Below, piece after piece: positions 42,770-58,710 of a DNA stretch of 64,000 nucleotides. The stretch's first letter is position 1, and each line of letters starts with the position of its first letter. The notes under the pieces are model-generated. The model saw only the letters and a list, made by a program, of their open reading frames with translations. It did no database searches and was not told the DNA's origin. Both the position numbers and the translations under genes were made by a program. This stretch comes from Eledone cirrhosa (taxonomy: Eukaryota): assembly GCA_964016885.1 (NCBI GenBank), contig OZ024744.1, positions 133,176,001-133,240,000 of the forward strand, written 5' to 3'.

Positions 42770-45700
42770 TAACCCCAACTTAACTTAAACCTAACTTAAC
42801 TTAACCCCAACTTAACCCCAACTTAACTTGACCCCAACTTAACTTAACCCCAACTTAACTCAACCCCAACTTAACTTAACCCCAACTTAACTCAGCCCCA
42901 ACTTAACTCAGCCCCAACTTAACTTAGCCACAACTTAACTTAACACCAACTTAACTTAACCCCAACTTAACTTAACCCCAACTTAACTTAACCCCAACTT
43001 AACTTATCCCCAACTTAACTGAACCCCAACTTAACTTAACCCCAACTCAATATAACCCCAACTTAACTTAACCCCAACTTAACTCAACCCCAACTTAAAT
43101 TAACCCCAACTTAACTTATCCCCAACTTAACTTAACCCCAACTTAATTAACCCCAACTTAAATTAACCCCAACTTAACTTAACACCAACTTAACGTAACC
43201 CCAACTTAAATAAACCCCAACTTAAATTAACCCCAACTTAACTTAACCCCAACTTAACTTAACCCCAACTTAACTCAGCCCCAACTTAACTTAGCCCCAA
43301 CTTAACTTAACCCCAACTTAACTTAACCCCAACTTAACTTAACCCCAACTTAACTTAAACCTAACTTAACTTAACCCCAACTTAACCCCAACTTAACTTG
43401 ACCCCAACTTAACTTAACCTCAACTTAACTTAACCCCAACTTAACCTAACCCCATCTTAACTTAACCCCAACTTAACTTAACCCCAACTTAACTTAACCC
43501 CAACTTAAATTAACCCCAACTTAACTTAACCCCAACTTAACTTAACCCCGACTTAACTTAACCCCAACTTAACTTAACCCCGACTTAACTTAACCCCAAC
43601 TTAACGTAACCACAAATTAACTTAACCCCAACTTAACTTAACCCCAACTTAACTTAACCCCAACTTAACTTAACCCCAACTTAACTTAACCCCAACTTAA
43701 CTGAAACCTAACCTAACTTAACCCCAACTTAACCCCAATTTAACTTGACCCCAACTTAACTTAACCCCAACTTAACTCAACCCCAACTTAACTTAACCCC
43801 AACTTAAATTAGCCCCAACTTAACTCAGCCCCAACTTAACTTAGCCACAACTTAACTTAACACCAACTTAACTTAACCCCAACTTAACTTAACCTCAACT
43901 TAACTTAACCCCAACTTAACTTATCCCCAACTTAACTGAACCCCAACTTAACTTAACCCCAACTTAATATAACCCCAACTTAACTTAACCCCAACTTAAC
44001 TCAACACCAACTTAAATTAACCCCAACTTAACTTATCCCCAACTTAACTTAACCCCAACTTAATTAACCCCAACTTAAATTAACCCCAACTTAACTTAAC
44101 ACCAACTTAACGTAACCCCAATTTATCTTAACCCCAACTTAACTTAAACCTAACTTAACTTAACCCCAACTTAACCCCAACTTAACTTGACCCCAACTTA
44201 ACTTAACCCCAACTTAACTCAACCCCAACTTAACTTAACCCCAACTTAACTCAGCCCCAACTTAACTCAGCCCCAACTTAACTTAGCCCCAACTTAACTT
44301 AACACCAACTTAACTTAACCCCAACTTAACTTATCCCCAACTTAACTGAACCCCAACTTAACTGAACCCCAACTTAAATTAACCCCAACTTAACTTAACC
44401 CCAACTTAACTTAACCCCAACTTAACTCAACACCAACTTAACTCAACCCCAACTTAACTCAACCCCAATTTAACTCAACCCCAACTTAACTCAACCCCAA
44501 CTTAACTTAACCCCAACTTAACTGAACCCTAACTTAACTTAACCCCGACTTAACTTAACCCCGACTTAACTTAACCCCAACTTAACTTAACCCCAACTTA
44601 ACTTAACCCCAACTTAACTTAACCCCAACTTAATTTAACCCCATCTTAACCCCAACTTAATTTAACCCCAACTTAACTGAACCCCAACTTAACTTAACCC
44701 CAACTTAAATAAACCCCAACTTAACTTAACCCCAACTTAACTTAACCCCAACTTAACTTAACCCCAACTTAACTCAGCCCCAACTTAACTTAGCCCCAAC
44801 TTAACTTAACCCCAACTTAACTTAACCCCAACTTAACTTAACCCCAACTTAACTTAACCCCAACTTAACTTAAACCCAACTTAACTTAACCCCAACTTAA
44901 ATTATCCCCAACTTAACTTATCCCCAACTTAACTTAACCCCAACTTAACTTAACCCCAACTTAACTTAACCCCAACTTAATTTAACCCCAACTTAACTTA
45001 ACCTCAACTTAACTTAACCCCAACTTAACTTAACCCCATCTTAACTTAACCCCAACTTAACTTAACCCCAACTTAACTTAACCCCAACTTAAATTAACCC
45101 CAACTTAACTTAACCCCAACTTAACTTAACCCCGACTTAACTTAACCCCAACTTAACTTAACCCCAACTTAACTTAACCCCAACTTAACCCCAACTTAAC
45201 TTGACCCCAACTTAACTTAACCCCAACTTAACTCAACCCCAACTTAACTTAACCCCAACTTAACTCAGCCCCAACTTAACTCAGCCCCAACTTAACTTAG
45301 CCCCAACTTAACTTAACACCAACTTAACTTAACCCCACCTTAACTTAACCCCAACTTAACTTAACCCCAACTTAACTTAACCCCAACTTAACTTAACCCC
45401 AACTTAACTTAACCCCAACTTAACTTAAACCTAACTTAACTTAACCCCAACTTAACTTAAACCTAACTTAACTTAACCCCAACTTAACCCCAACTTAACT
45501 TGACCCCAACTTAACTTAACCCCAACTTAACTCAACCCCAACTTAACTTAACCCCAACTTAACTCAGCCCCAACTTAACTCAGCCCCAACTTAACTTAGC
45601 CACAACTTAACTTAACACCAACTTAACTTAACCCCAACTTAACTTAACCCCAACTTAACTTAACCCCAACTTAACTTATCCCCAACTTAACTGAACCCCA

Positions 45701-48030
45701 ACTTAACTTAACCCCAACTCAATATAACCCCAACTTAACTTAACCCCAACTTAACTCAACCCCAACTTAAATTAACCCCAACTTAACTTATCCCCAACTT
45801 AACTTAACCCCAACTTAATTAACCCCAACTTAAATTAACCCCAACTTAACTTAACACCAACTTAACGTAACCCCAACTTAAATAAACCCCAACTTAAATT
45901 AACCCCAACTTAACTTAACCCCAACTTAACTTAACCCCAACTTAACTCAGCCCCAACTTAACTTAGCCCCAACTTAACTTAACCCCAACTTAACTTAACC
46001 CCAACTTAACTTAACCCCAACTTAACTTAAACCTAACTTAACTTAACCCCAACTTAACCCCAACTTAACTTGACCCCAACTTAACTTAACCTCAACTTAA
46101 CTTAACCCCAACTTAACCTAACCCCATCTTAACTTAACCCCAACTTAACTTAACCCCAACTTAACTTAACCCCAACTTAAATTAACCCCAACTTAACTTA
46201 ACCCCAACTTAACTTAACCCCGACTTAACTTAACCCCAACTTAACTTAACCCCAACTTAACTTAACCCCAACTTAACTTAACCACAAATTAACTTAACCC
46301 CAACTTAACTTAACCCCAACTTAACTTAACCCCAACTTAACTTAACCCCAACTTAACTTAACCCCAACTTAACTGAAACCTAACCTAACTTAACCCCAAC
46401 TTAACCCCAATTTAACTTGACCCCAACTTAACTTAACCCCAACTTAACTCAACCCCAACTTAACTTAACCCCAACTTAAATTAGCCCCAACTTAACTCAG
46501 CCCCAACTTAACTTAGCCACAACTTAACTTAACACCAACTTAACTTAACCCCAACTTAACTTAACCTCAACTTAACTTAACCCCAACTTAACTTATCCCC
46601 AACTTAACTGAACCCCAACTTAACTTAACCCCAACTTAATATAACCCCAACTTAACTTAACCCCAACTTAACTCAACACCAACTTAAATTAACCCCAACT
46701 TAACTTATCCCCAACTTAACTTAACCCCAACTTAATTAACCCCAACTTAAATTAACCCCAACTTAACTTAACACCAACTTAACGTAACCCCAATTTAACT
46801 TAACCCCAACTTAACTTAAACCTAACTTAACTTAACCCCAACTTAACCCCAACTTAACTTGACCCCAACTTAACTTAACCCCAACTTAACTCAACCCCAA
46901 CTTAACTTAACCCCAACTTAACTCAGCCCCAACTTAACTCAGCCCCAACTTAACTTAGCCCCAACTTAACTTAACACCAACTTAACTTAACCCCAACTTA
47001 ACTTATCCCCAACTTAACTGAACCCCAACTTAACTGAACCCCAACTTAAATTAACCCCAACTTAACTTAACCCCAACTTAACTTAACCCCAACTTAACTC
47101 AACACCAACTTAACTCAACCCCAACTTAACTCAACCCCAATTTAACTCAACCCCAACTTAACTCAACCCCAACTTAACTTAACCCCAACTTAACTGAACC
47201 CTAACTTAACTTAACCCCGACTTAACTTAACCCCGACTTAACTTAACCCCAACTTAACTTAACCCCAACTTAACTTAACCCCAACTTAACTTAACCCCAA
47301 CTTAATTTAACCCCATCTTAACCCCAACTTAATTTAACCCCAACTTAACTGAACCCCAACTTAACTTAACCCCAACTTAAATAAACCCCAACTTAACTTA
47401 ACCCCAACTTAACTTAACCCCAACTTAACTTAACCCCAACTTAACTCAGCCCCAACTTAACTTAGCCCCAACTTAACTTAACCCCAACTTAACTTAACCC
47501 CAACTTAACTTAACCCCAACTTAACTTAACCCCAACTTAACTTAAACCCAACTTAACTTAACCCCAACTTAAATTATCCCCAACTTAACTTATCCCCAAC
47601 TTAACTTAACCCCAACTTAACTTAACCCCAACTTAACTTAACCCCAACTTAATTTAACCCCAACTTAACTTAACCTCAACTTAACTTAACCCCAACTTAA
47701 CTTAACCCCATCTTAACTTAACCCCAACTTAACTTAACCCCAACTTAACTTAACCCCAACTTAAATTAACCCCAACTTAACTTAACCCCAACTTAACTTA
47801 ACCCCGACTTAACTTAACCCCAACTTAACTTAACCCCAACTTAACTTAACCCCAACTTAACCCCAACTTAACTTGACCCCAACTTAACTTAACCCCAACT
47901 TAACTCAACCCCAACTTAACTTAACCCCAACTTAACTCAGCCCCAACTTAACTCAGCCCCAACTTAACTTAGCCCCAACTTAACTTAACACCAACTTAAC
48001 TTAACCCCACCTTAACTTAACCCCAACTTA
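42770..48030 (+). repeat. Tandem higher-order duplication, offset 2672 bp
   Basis: AACCTAACCCCATC at 43443 and 46115. CTGAAACCTAACCTAA at 43701 and 46373. AACCCCACCT at 45331 and 48003. Confidence 0.88.
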
Positions 48031-48900
48031 ACTTAACCCCAACTTAACTTATCCCCAACTTAACTGAACCCCAACTTAACTTAACCCCAACTTAATATAA
48101 CCCCAACTTAACTTAACCCCAACTTAACTCAACCCCAACTTAAATTAACCCCAACTTAACTTAACCCCAACTTAACTTAACCCCAACTTAATTAACCCCA
48201 ACTTAAATTAACCCCAACTTAACTTAACACCAACTTAACGTAACCCCAACTTAATTTAACCCCAACTTAAATTAACCCCAACTTAACTTGCCCCCAACTT
48301 AACTTACCCCCAACGTAACTTAACCCCAACTTAATTTAACCCCAACTTAATTTAACCCCAACTTAACTTAACCCCAAATTAACTCAACCCCAACTTAACT
48401 CAACCCCAACTTAACTTAACCCCAACTTAACTTAACCCCAACTTAACTTAACCACAAATTAACTTAGCCCCAACTTAAATTAACCCCAACTTAACTCAAC
48501 CACAACTTAACTTAACCCCGACCTAACTTAACCCCAACTTAACTTAACCCCAACTTAACTTAACCCCAACTTCACTCAACCCCAACTTAACTCAACCCCA
48601 ACTTAACCCCAACTTAACTTAACCCCAACTTAAATTAACCACAAAGTTAACTTAACCCCAATTTAAATTGACCCCAACTTAACTTAACCCCAACTTAACA
48701 TAACCACCACTTAATTAACCCCAACTTAACTCAACCCCAACTTAACTTAACCCTAACTTAACTTAACCCCAACTTAACCGCAACTTAACTTAACCCCAAC
48801 TTAACTTACCCCCAACTTAACTTACCCCCCAACTTAACTGAACCCCAACTTAAGTTAAGCCTAACTTAACTTAACGCCAACTTAACTTAACCCCGACTTA

Positions 48901-49073
48901 GGGCTTAAGTTAAGTTGGGGCTAAGTTAAGTTGGGGTTAAGTCAAGTTGGAAGTTGTGGTTGAGTGAAGTTGGGGTTAAGTTAAGTTGGGGTTGAGTGAA
49001 GTTGGGGTTAAGTTAAGTTGGGGTTGAGTTACGTTGGGGTTGAGTGAAGTTGGGGTTAAGTTAAGTTGGGGTT
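48901..49073 (-). repeat. Inverted satellite island copy 6 (173 bp)
   Basis: Same junctions and internal sequence as copy 1. Confidence 0.97.
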
Positions 49074-52000
49074 AACCCCAACTTAACTTAACCCCAACTT
49101 AACTTAACCCCAACTTAACTTAACCCCAACTTAACTTAACCCCAACATAACTTAACCCCAACTTAAATTAACCCCAACTTAACTTAAACTCAACTTAACT
49201 AACCAACTTAACTTAACCCCAACTTAACTTAACCCCAACTTAACTTAACCCCAACTTAACTTAACCCCAACTTAACTTAACCCCAACTTAAATTAACCCC
49301 AACTTAACTTAACCCCAACTTAACTTAACCCCGACTTAACTTAACCCCAACTTAACTTAACCCCAACTTAACTTAGCCCCAACTTAACTTAGCCCCAACT
49401 TAACTTAGCCCCAACTTAACTTAACCCCAACTTAACATAACCGCACCTTAACTTAACCTCAACTTAACTTAACTGCAACTTAACTTAACCCCAACTTAAC
49501 TTAACCCCAACTTAACTCAACACCAACTTAACTCAACCCCAACTTAACTCAACCCCAATTTAACTCAACCCCAACTTAACTCAACCCCAACTTAACTTAA
49601 CCCCAACTTAACTGAACCCTAACTTAACTTAACCCCGACTTAAATTAAGCCCAACTTAACTTAACCCCAACTTAACTCAGCCCCAACTTAACTTAGCCCT
49701 AACTTAACTTAACCCCAACTTAACTTAACCCCAACTTAATTAACCCCAACTTAAATTAACCCCAACTTAACTTAACACCAACTTAACATAACCCCATCTT
49801 AAATAAACCCCAACTTAAATTAACCCCAACTTAACTTAACCCCAACTTAACTTAACCCCAACTTAACTCAGCCCCAACTTAACTTAGCCCCAACTTAACT
49901 TAAACCCAACTTAACTTAACCCCAACTTAACTTAACCCCAACTTAACTTATCCCCAACTTAACTTAACCCCAACTTAACTTAAACCCAACTTAACTTAAC
50001 CCCAACTTAAACTATCCCCAACTTAACTTATCCCCAACTTAACTTAACCCCAACTTAACTTAACCCCAACTTAACTTAACCCCAACTTAATTTAACCCCA
50101 ACTTAACTTAACCTCAACTTAACTTAACCCCAACTTAACTTAACCCCAACTTAACTTAACCCCAACTTAAATTAGCCCCAACTTAACTTAACCCCAACTT
50201 AAATTAACCCCAACTTAACTTAACCCCAACTTAACTTAACCCCGACTTAAATTAACCCCAACTTAACTTAACCCCAACTTAACTTAACCCCAACTTAACT
50301 TAACCACAAATTAACTTAACCCCAACTTAACTTAACCCCAACTTAACTTAACCCCAACTTAACTTAACCCCAACTTAACTTAACCCCAACTTAACTTAAA
50401 CCTAACTTAACTTAACCCCAACTTAACCCCAACTTAACTTGACCCCAACTTAACTTAACCCCAACTTAACTCAACCCCAACTTAACTTAACCCCAACTTC
50501 ACTCAGCCCCAACTTAACTCAGCCCCAACTTAACTTAGCCCCAACTTAACTTAACACCAACTTAACTTAAACCCAACTTAACTTAACCCCAACTTAACTT
50601 AACCCCAACTTAACTCAACCCCAACTTAACTTAACCCCAACTTAACTCAGCCCCAACTTAACTCAGCCCCAACTTAACTTAGCCCCAACTTAACTTAACA
50701 CCAACTTAACTTAACCCCAACTTAACTTAACCCCAACTTAACTTAACCCCAACTTAACTTATCCCCAACTTAACTGAACCCCAACTTAACTTAACCCCAA
50801 CTTAATATAACCCCAACTTAACTTAACCCCAACTTAACTCAACCCCAACTTAAATTAACCCCAACTTAACTTAACCCCAACTTAACTTAACCCCAACTTA
50901 ATTAACCCCAACTTAAATTAACCCCAACTTAACTTAACACCAACTTAACGTAACCCCAACTTAACTTAACCCCAACTTAACTTAAACCTAACTTAACTTA
51001 ACCCCAACTTAACCCCAACTTAACTTGACCCCAACTTAACTTAACCCCAACTTAACTCAACCCCAACTTAACTTAACCCCAACTTAACTCAGCCCCAACT
51101 TAACTCAGCCCCAACTTAACTTAGCCCCAACTTAACTTAACACCAACTTAACTTAACCCCAACTTAACTTAACCCCAACTTAACTTAACCCCAACTTAAC
51201 TTATCCCCAACTTAACTGAACCCCAACTTAACTGAACCCCAACTTAAATTAACCCCAACTTAACTTAACCCCAACTTAACTCAACACCAACTTAACTCAA
51301 CCCCAACTTAACTCAACCCCAATTTAACTCAACCCCAACTTAACTCAACCCCAACTTAACTTAACCCCAACTTAACTGAACCCTAACTTAACTTAACCCC
51401 GACTTAACTTAACCCCGACTTAACTTAACCCCAACTTAACTTAACCCCAACTTAACTTAACCCCAACTTAACTTAACCCCATCTTAACCCCAACTTAACT
51501 TAACCCCAACTTAACTGAACCCCAACTTAAATTAACCCCAACTTAAATAAACCCCAACTTAACTTAACCCCAACTTAACTTAACCCCAACTTAACTTAAC
51601 CCCAACTTAACTCAGCCCCAACTTAACTTAGCCCCAACTTAACTTAACCCCAACTTAACTTAACCCCAACTTAACTTAACCCCAACTTAACTTAACCCCA
51701 ACTTAACTTAACCCCAACTTAACTTAAACCCAACTTAACTTAACCCCAACTTAAATTATCCCCAACTTAACTTATCCCCAACTTAACTTAACCCCAACTT
51801 AACTTAACCCCAACTTAACTTAACCCCAACTTAATTTAACCCCAACTTAACTTAACCTCAACTTAACTTAACCCCAACTTAACTTAACCCCATCTTAACT
51901 TAACCCCAACTTAACTTAACCCCAACTTAACTTAACCCCAACTTAAATTAACCCCAACTTAACTTAACCCCAACTTAACTTAACCCCGACTTAACTTAAC

Positions 52001-53081
52001 CCCAACTTAACTTAACCCCAACTTAACTTAACCCCAACTTAACCCCAACTTAACTTGACCCCAACTTAACTTAACCCCAACTTAACTCAACCCCAACTTA
52101 ACTTAACCCCAACTTAACTCAGCCCCAACTTAACTCAGCCCCAACTTAACTTAGCCCCAACTTAACTTAACACCAACTTAACTTAACCCCACCTTAACTT
52201 AACCCCAACTTAACTTAACCCCAACTTAACTTATCCCCAACTTAACTGAACCCCAACTTAACTTAACCCCAACTTAATATAACCCCAACTTAACTTAACC
52301 CCAACTTAACTCAACCCCAACTTAAATTAACCCCAACTTAACTTAACCCCAACTTAACTTAACCCCAACTTAATTAACCCCAACTTAAATTAACCCCAAC
52401 TTAACTTAACACCAACTTAACGTAACCCCAACTTAATTTAACCCCAACTTAAATTAACCCCAACTTAACTTGCCCCCAACTTAACTTACCCCCAACGTAA
52501 CTTAACCCCAACTTAATTTAACCCCAACTTAATTTAACCCCAACTTAACTTAACCCCAAATTAACTCAACCCCAACTTAACTCAACCCCAACTTAACTTA
52601 ACCCCAACTTAACTTAACCCCAACTTAACTTAACCACAAATTAACTTAGCCCCAACTTAAATTAACCCCAACTTAACTCAACCACAACTTAACTTAACCC
52701 CGACCTAACTTAACCCCAACTTAACTTAACCCCAACTTAACTTAACCCCAACTTCACTCAACCCCAACTTAACTCAACCCCAACTTAACCCCAACTTAAC
52801 TTAACCCCAACTTAAATTAACCACAAAGTTAACTTAACCCCAATTTAAATTAACCCCAACTTAACTTAACCCCAACTTAACATAACCACCACTTAATTAA
52901 CCCCAACTTAACTCAACCCCAACTTAACTTAACCCTAACTTAACTTAACCCCAACTTAACCGCAACTTAACTTAACCCCAACTTAACTTACCCCCAACTT
53001 AACTTACCCCCAACTTAACTGAACCCCAACTTAAGTTAAGCCTAACTTAACTTAACGCCAACTTAACTTAACCCCGACTTA

Positions 53082-53254
53082 GGGCTTAAGTTAAGTTGGG
53101 GCTAAGTTAAGTTGGGGTTAAGTCAAGTTGGAAGTTGTGGTTGAGTGAAGTTGGGGTTAAGTTAAGTTGGGGTTGAGTGAAGTTGGGGTTAAGTTAAGTT
53201 GGGGTTGAGTTAAGTTGGGGTTGAGTGAAGTTGGGGTTAAGTTAAGTTGGGGTT
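53082..53254 (-). repeat. Inverted satellite island copy 7 (173 bp; GAGTTAAGTT in place of GAGTTACGTT)
   Basis: Same junctions. Lacks the ACG variant. Confidence 0.97.
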
Positions 53255-56200
53255 AACCCCAACTTAACTTAACCCCAACTTAACTTAACCCCAACTTAAC
53301 TTAACCCCAACTTAACTTAACCCCAACATAACTTAACCCCAACTTAAATTAACCCCAACTTAACTTAAACTCAACTTAACTAACCAACTTAACTTAACCC
53401 CAACTTAACTTAACCCCAACTTAACTTAACCCCAACTTAACTTAACCCCAACTTAACTTAACCCCAACTTAAATTAACCCCAACTTAACTTAACCCCAAC
53501 TTAACTTAACCCCGACTTAACTTAACCCCAACTTAACTTAACCCCAACTTAACTTAGCCCCAACTTAACTTAGCCCCAACTTAACTTAGCCCCAACTTAA
53601 CTTAACCCCAACTTAACATAACCGCACCTTAACTTAACCTCAACTTAACATAACTGCAACTTAACTTAACCCCAACTTAACTTAACCCCAACTTAACTCA
53701 ACACCAACTTAACTCAACCCCAACTTAACTCAACCCCAATTTAACTCAACCCCAAGTTAACTCAACCCCAACTTAACTGAACCCCAACTTAACTGAACCC
53801 TAACTTAACTTAACCCCGACTTAAATTAAGCCCAACTTAACTTAACCCCAACTTAACTCAGCCCCAACTTAACTTAGCCCTAACTTAACTTAACCCCAAC
53901 TTAACTTAACCCCAACTTAATTAACCCCAACTTAAATTAACCCCAACTTAACTTAATACCAACTTAACGTAACCCCATCTTAAATAAACCCCAACTTAAA
54001 TTAACCCCAACTTAACTTAACCCCAACTTAACTTAACCCCAACTTAACTCAGCCCCAACTTAACTTAGCCCCAACTTAACTTAACCCCAACTTAACTTAA
54101 CCCCAACTTAACTTAACCCCAACTTAACTTATCCCCAACTTAACTTAACCCCAACTTAACTTAAACCCAACTTAACTTAACCCCAACTTAAACTATCCCC
54201 AACTTAACTTATCCCCAACTTAACTTAACCCCAACTTAACTTAACCCCAACTTAACTTAACCCCAACTTAATTTAACCCCAACTTAACTTAACCTCAACT
54301 TAACTTAACCCCAACTTAACTTAACCCCAACTTAACTTAACCCCAACTTAAATTAGCCCCAACTTAACTTAACCCCAACTTAAATTAACCCCAACTTAAC
54401 TTAACCCCAACTTAACTTAACCCCAACTTAACTTAAACCTAACTTAACTTAACCCCAACTTAACCCCAACTTAACTTGACCCCAACTTAACTTAACCCCA
54501 ACTTAACTCAACCCCAACTTAACTTAACCCCAACTTCACTCAGCCCCAACTTAACTCAGCCCCAACTTAACTTAGCCCCAACTTAACTTAACACCAACTT
54601 AACTTAACCCCAACTTAACCCCAACTTAACTTAACCCCAACTTAACTCAACCCCAACTTAACTTAACCCCAACTTAACTCAGCCCCAACTTAACTCAGCC
54701 CCAACTTAACTTAGCCCCAACTTAACTTAACACCAACTTAACTTAACCCCAACTTAACTTAACCCCAACTTAACTTAACCCCAACTTAACTTATCCCCAA
54801 CTTAACTGAACCCCAACTTAACTTAACCCCAACTTAATATAACCCCAACTTAACTTAACCCCAACTTAACTCAACCCCAACTTAAATTAACCCCAACTTA
54901 ACTTAACCCCAACTTAACTTAACCCCAACTTAATTAACCCCAACTTAAATTAACCCCAACTTAACTTAACACCAACTTAACGTAACCCCAACTTAACTTA
55001 ACCCCAACTTAACTTAAACCTAACTTAACTTAACCCCAACTTAACCCCAACTTAACTTGACCCCAACTTAACTTAACCCCAACTTAACTCAACCCCAACT
55101 TAACTTAACCCCAACTTAACTCAGCCCCAACTTAACTCAGCCCCAACTTAACTTAGCCCCAACTTAACTTAACACCAACTTAACTTAACCCCAACTTAAC
55201 TTAACCCCAACTTAACTTAACCCCAACTTAACTTATCCCCAACTTAACTGAACCCCAACTTAACTGAACCCCAACTTAAATTAACCCCAACTTAACTTAA
55301 CCCCAACTTAACTTAACCCCAACTTAACTCAACACCAACTTAACTCAACCCCAACTTAACTCAACCCCAATTTAACTCAACCCCAACTTAACTCAACCCC
55401 AACTTAACTTAACCCCAACTTAACTGAACCCTAACTTAACTTAACCCCGACTTAACTTAACCCCGACTTAACTTAACCCCAACTTAACTTAACCCCAACT
55501 TAACTTAACCCCAACTTAACTTAACCCCAACTTAATTTAACCCCATCTTAACCCCAACTTAACTTAACCCCAACTTAACTGAACCCCAACTTAAATTAAC
55601 CCCAACTTAAATAAACCCCAACTTAACTTAACCCCAACTTAACTTAACCCCAACTTAACTTAACCCCAACTTAACTCAGCCCCAACTTAACTTAGCCCCA
55701 ACTTAACTTAACCCCAACTTAACTTAACCCCAACTTAACTTAACCCCAACTTAACTTAACCCCAACTTAACTTAACCCCAATTTAACTTAAACCCAACTT
55801 AACTTAACCCCAACTTAAATTATCCCCAACTTAACTTATCCCCAACTTAACTTAACCCCAACTTAACTTAACCCCAACTTAACTTAACCCCAACTTAATT
55901 TAACCCCAACTTAACTTAACCTCAACTTAACTTAACCCCAACTTAACTTAACCCCATCTTAACTTAACCCCAACTTAACTTAACCCCAACTTAACTTAAC
56001 CCCAACTTAAATTAACCCCAACTTAACTTAACCCCAACTTAACTTAACCCCGACTTAACTTAACCCCAACTTAACTTAACCCCAACTTAACTTAACCCCA
56101 ACTTAACCCCAACTTAACTTGAACCCAACTTAACTTAACCCCAACTTAACTTAAACCTAACTTAACTTAACCCCAACTTAACCCCAACTTAACTTGACCC

Positions 56201-58710
56201 CAACTTAACTTAACCCCAACTTAACTCAACCCCAACTTAACTTAACCCCAACTTAACTCAGCCCCAACTTAACTCAGCCCCAACTTAACTTAGCCCCAAC
56301 TTAACTTAACACCAACTTAACTTAACCCCAACTTAACTTAACCCCAACTTAACTTAACCCCAACTTAACTTATCCCCAACTTAACTGAACCCCAACTTAA
56401 CTCAACCCCAACTTAAATTAACCCCAACTTAACTTAACCCCAACTTAACTTAACCCCAACTTAATTAACCCCAACTTAAATTAACCCCAACTTAACTTAA
56501 CACCAACTTAACGTAACCCCAACTTAATTTAACCCCAACTTAAATTAACCCCAACTTAACTTGCCCCCAACTTAACTTACCCCCAACTTAACTTAACCCC
56601 AACTTAATTTAACCCCAACTTAATTTAACCCCAACTTAACTTAAACCCAACTTAACTTAACCCCAACTTAACTTAACCCCAAATTAACTCAACCCCAACT
56701 TAACTCAACCCCAACTTAACTTAACCCCAACTTAACTTAACCACAAATTAAATTAGCCCCAACTTAAATTAACCCCAACTTAACTCAACCACAACTTAAC
56801 TTAACCCCGACTTAACTTAACCCCACCTTAACTTAACCTCAACTTAACTTAACTGCAACTTAACTTAACCCCAACTTAACTTAACCCCAACTTAACTCAA
56901 CACCAACTTAACTCAACCCCAACTTAACTCAACGCCAATTTAACTCAACCCCAACTTAACTCAACCCCAACTTAACTTAACCCCGACTTAAATTAACCCC
57001 GACTTAACTTAACCCCAACTTAACTCAACCCCAACTTAACTTAACCCCAACTTAACTTAACCCCAACTTAACTTAACCCCAACTTAAATTAACCCCAACT
57101 TAACTTAAACTCAACTTAACTAACCAACTTAACTTAACCCCAACTTAACTTGACCCCAACTTAACTTAACCCCAACTTAACTTAAACCCAACTTAACTTA
57201 ACCCCAACTTAACTTAACCCCAACTTAACTTAACCCCAACTTAACCCCAAATTAAATTAACCTCAACTTAACTTAACCCCAACTTAACTTAGCCCCAACT
57301 TAACTTAGCCCCAACTTAACTTAGCCCCAACTTAACTTAACCCCAACTTAACTTAACCGCACCTTAACTTAACCTCAACTTAACTTAACTGCAACTTAAC
57401 TTAACCCCAACTTAACTTAACCCCAACTTAACTCAAAACCAACTTAACTCAACCCCAACTTAACTCAACCCCAATTTAACTCAACCCCAACTTAACTCAA
57501 CCCCAACTTAACTTAACCCCAACTTAACTGAACCCTAACTTAACTTAACCCCGACTTAACTTAACCCCGACTTAACTTAACCCCAACTTAACTTAACCCC
57601 AACTTAACTTAACCCCGACTTAACTTAACCCCAACTTAACTTAACCCCAACTTAACTTAACCCCAACTTAACCCCAACTTAACTTGACCCCAACTTAACT
57701 TAACCCCAACTTAACTCAACCCCAACTTAACTTAACCCCAACTTAACTCAGCCCCAACTTAACTCAGCCCCAACTTAACTTAGCCCCAACTTAACTTAAC
57801 ACCAACTTAACTTAACCCCACCTTAACTTAACCCCAACTTAACTTAACCCCAACTTAACTTATCCCCAACTTAACTGAACCCCAACTTAACTTAACCCCA
57901 ACTTAATATAACCCCAACTTAACTTAACCCCAACTTAACTCAACCCCAACTTAAATTAACCCCAACTTAACTTAACCCCAACTTAACTTAACCCCAACTT
58001 AATTAACCCCAACTTAAATTAACCCCAACTTAACTTAACACCAACTTAACGTAACCCCAACTTAATTTAACCCCAACTTAAATTAACCCCAACTTAACTT
58101 GCCCCCAACTTAACTTACCCCCAACGTAACTTAACCCCAACTTAATTTAACCCCAACTTAATTTAACCCCAACTTAACTTAACCCCAAATTAACTCAACC
58201 CCAACTTAACTCAACCCCAACTTAACTTAACCCCAACTTAACTTAACCCCAACTTAACTTAACCACAAATTAACTTAGCCCCAACTTAAATTAACCCCAA
58301 CTTAACTCAACCACAACTTAACTTAACCCCGACCTAACTTAACCCCAACTTAACTTAACCCCAACTTAACTTAACCCCAACTTCACTCAACCCCAACTTA
58401 ACTCAACCCCAACTTAACCCCAACTTAACTTAACCCCAACTTAAATTAACCACAAAGTTAACTTAACCCCAATTTAAATTAACCCCAACTTAACTTAACC
58501 CCAACTTAACATAACCACCACTTAATTAACCCCAACTTAACTCAACCCCAACTTAACTTAACCCTAACTTAACTTAACCCCAACTTAACCGCAACTTAAC
58601 TTAACCCCAACTTAACTTACCCCCAACTTAACTTACCCCCAACTTAACTGAACCCCAACTTAAGTTAAGCCTAACTTAACTTAACGCCAACTTAACTTAA
58701 CCCCGACTTA

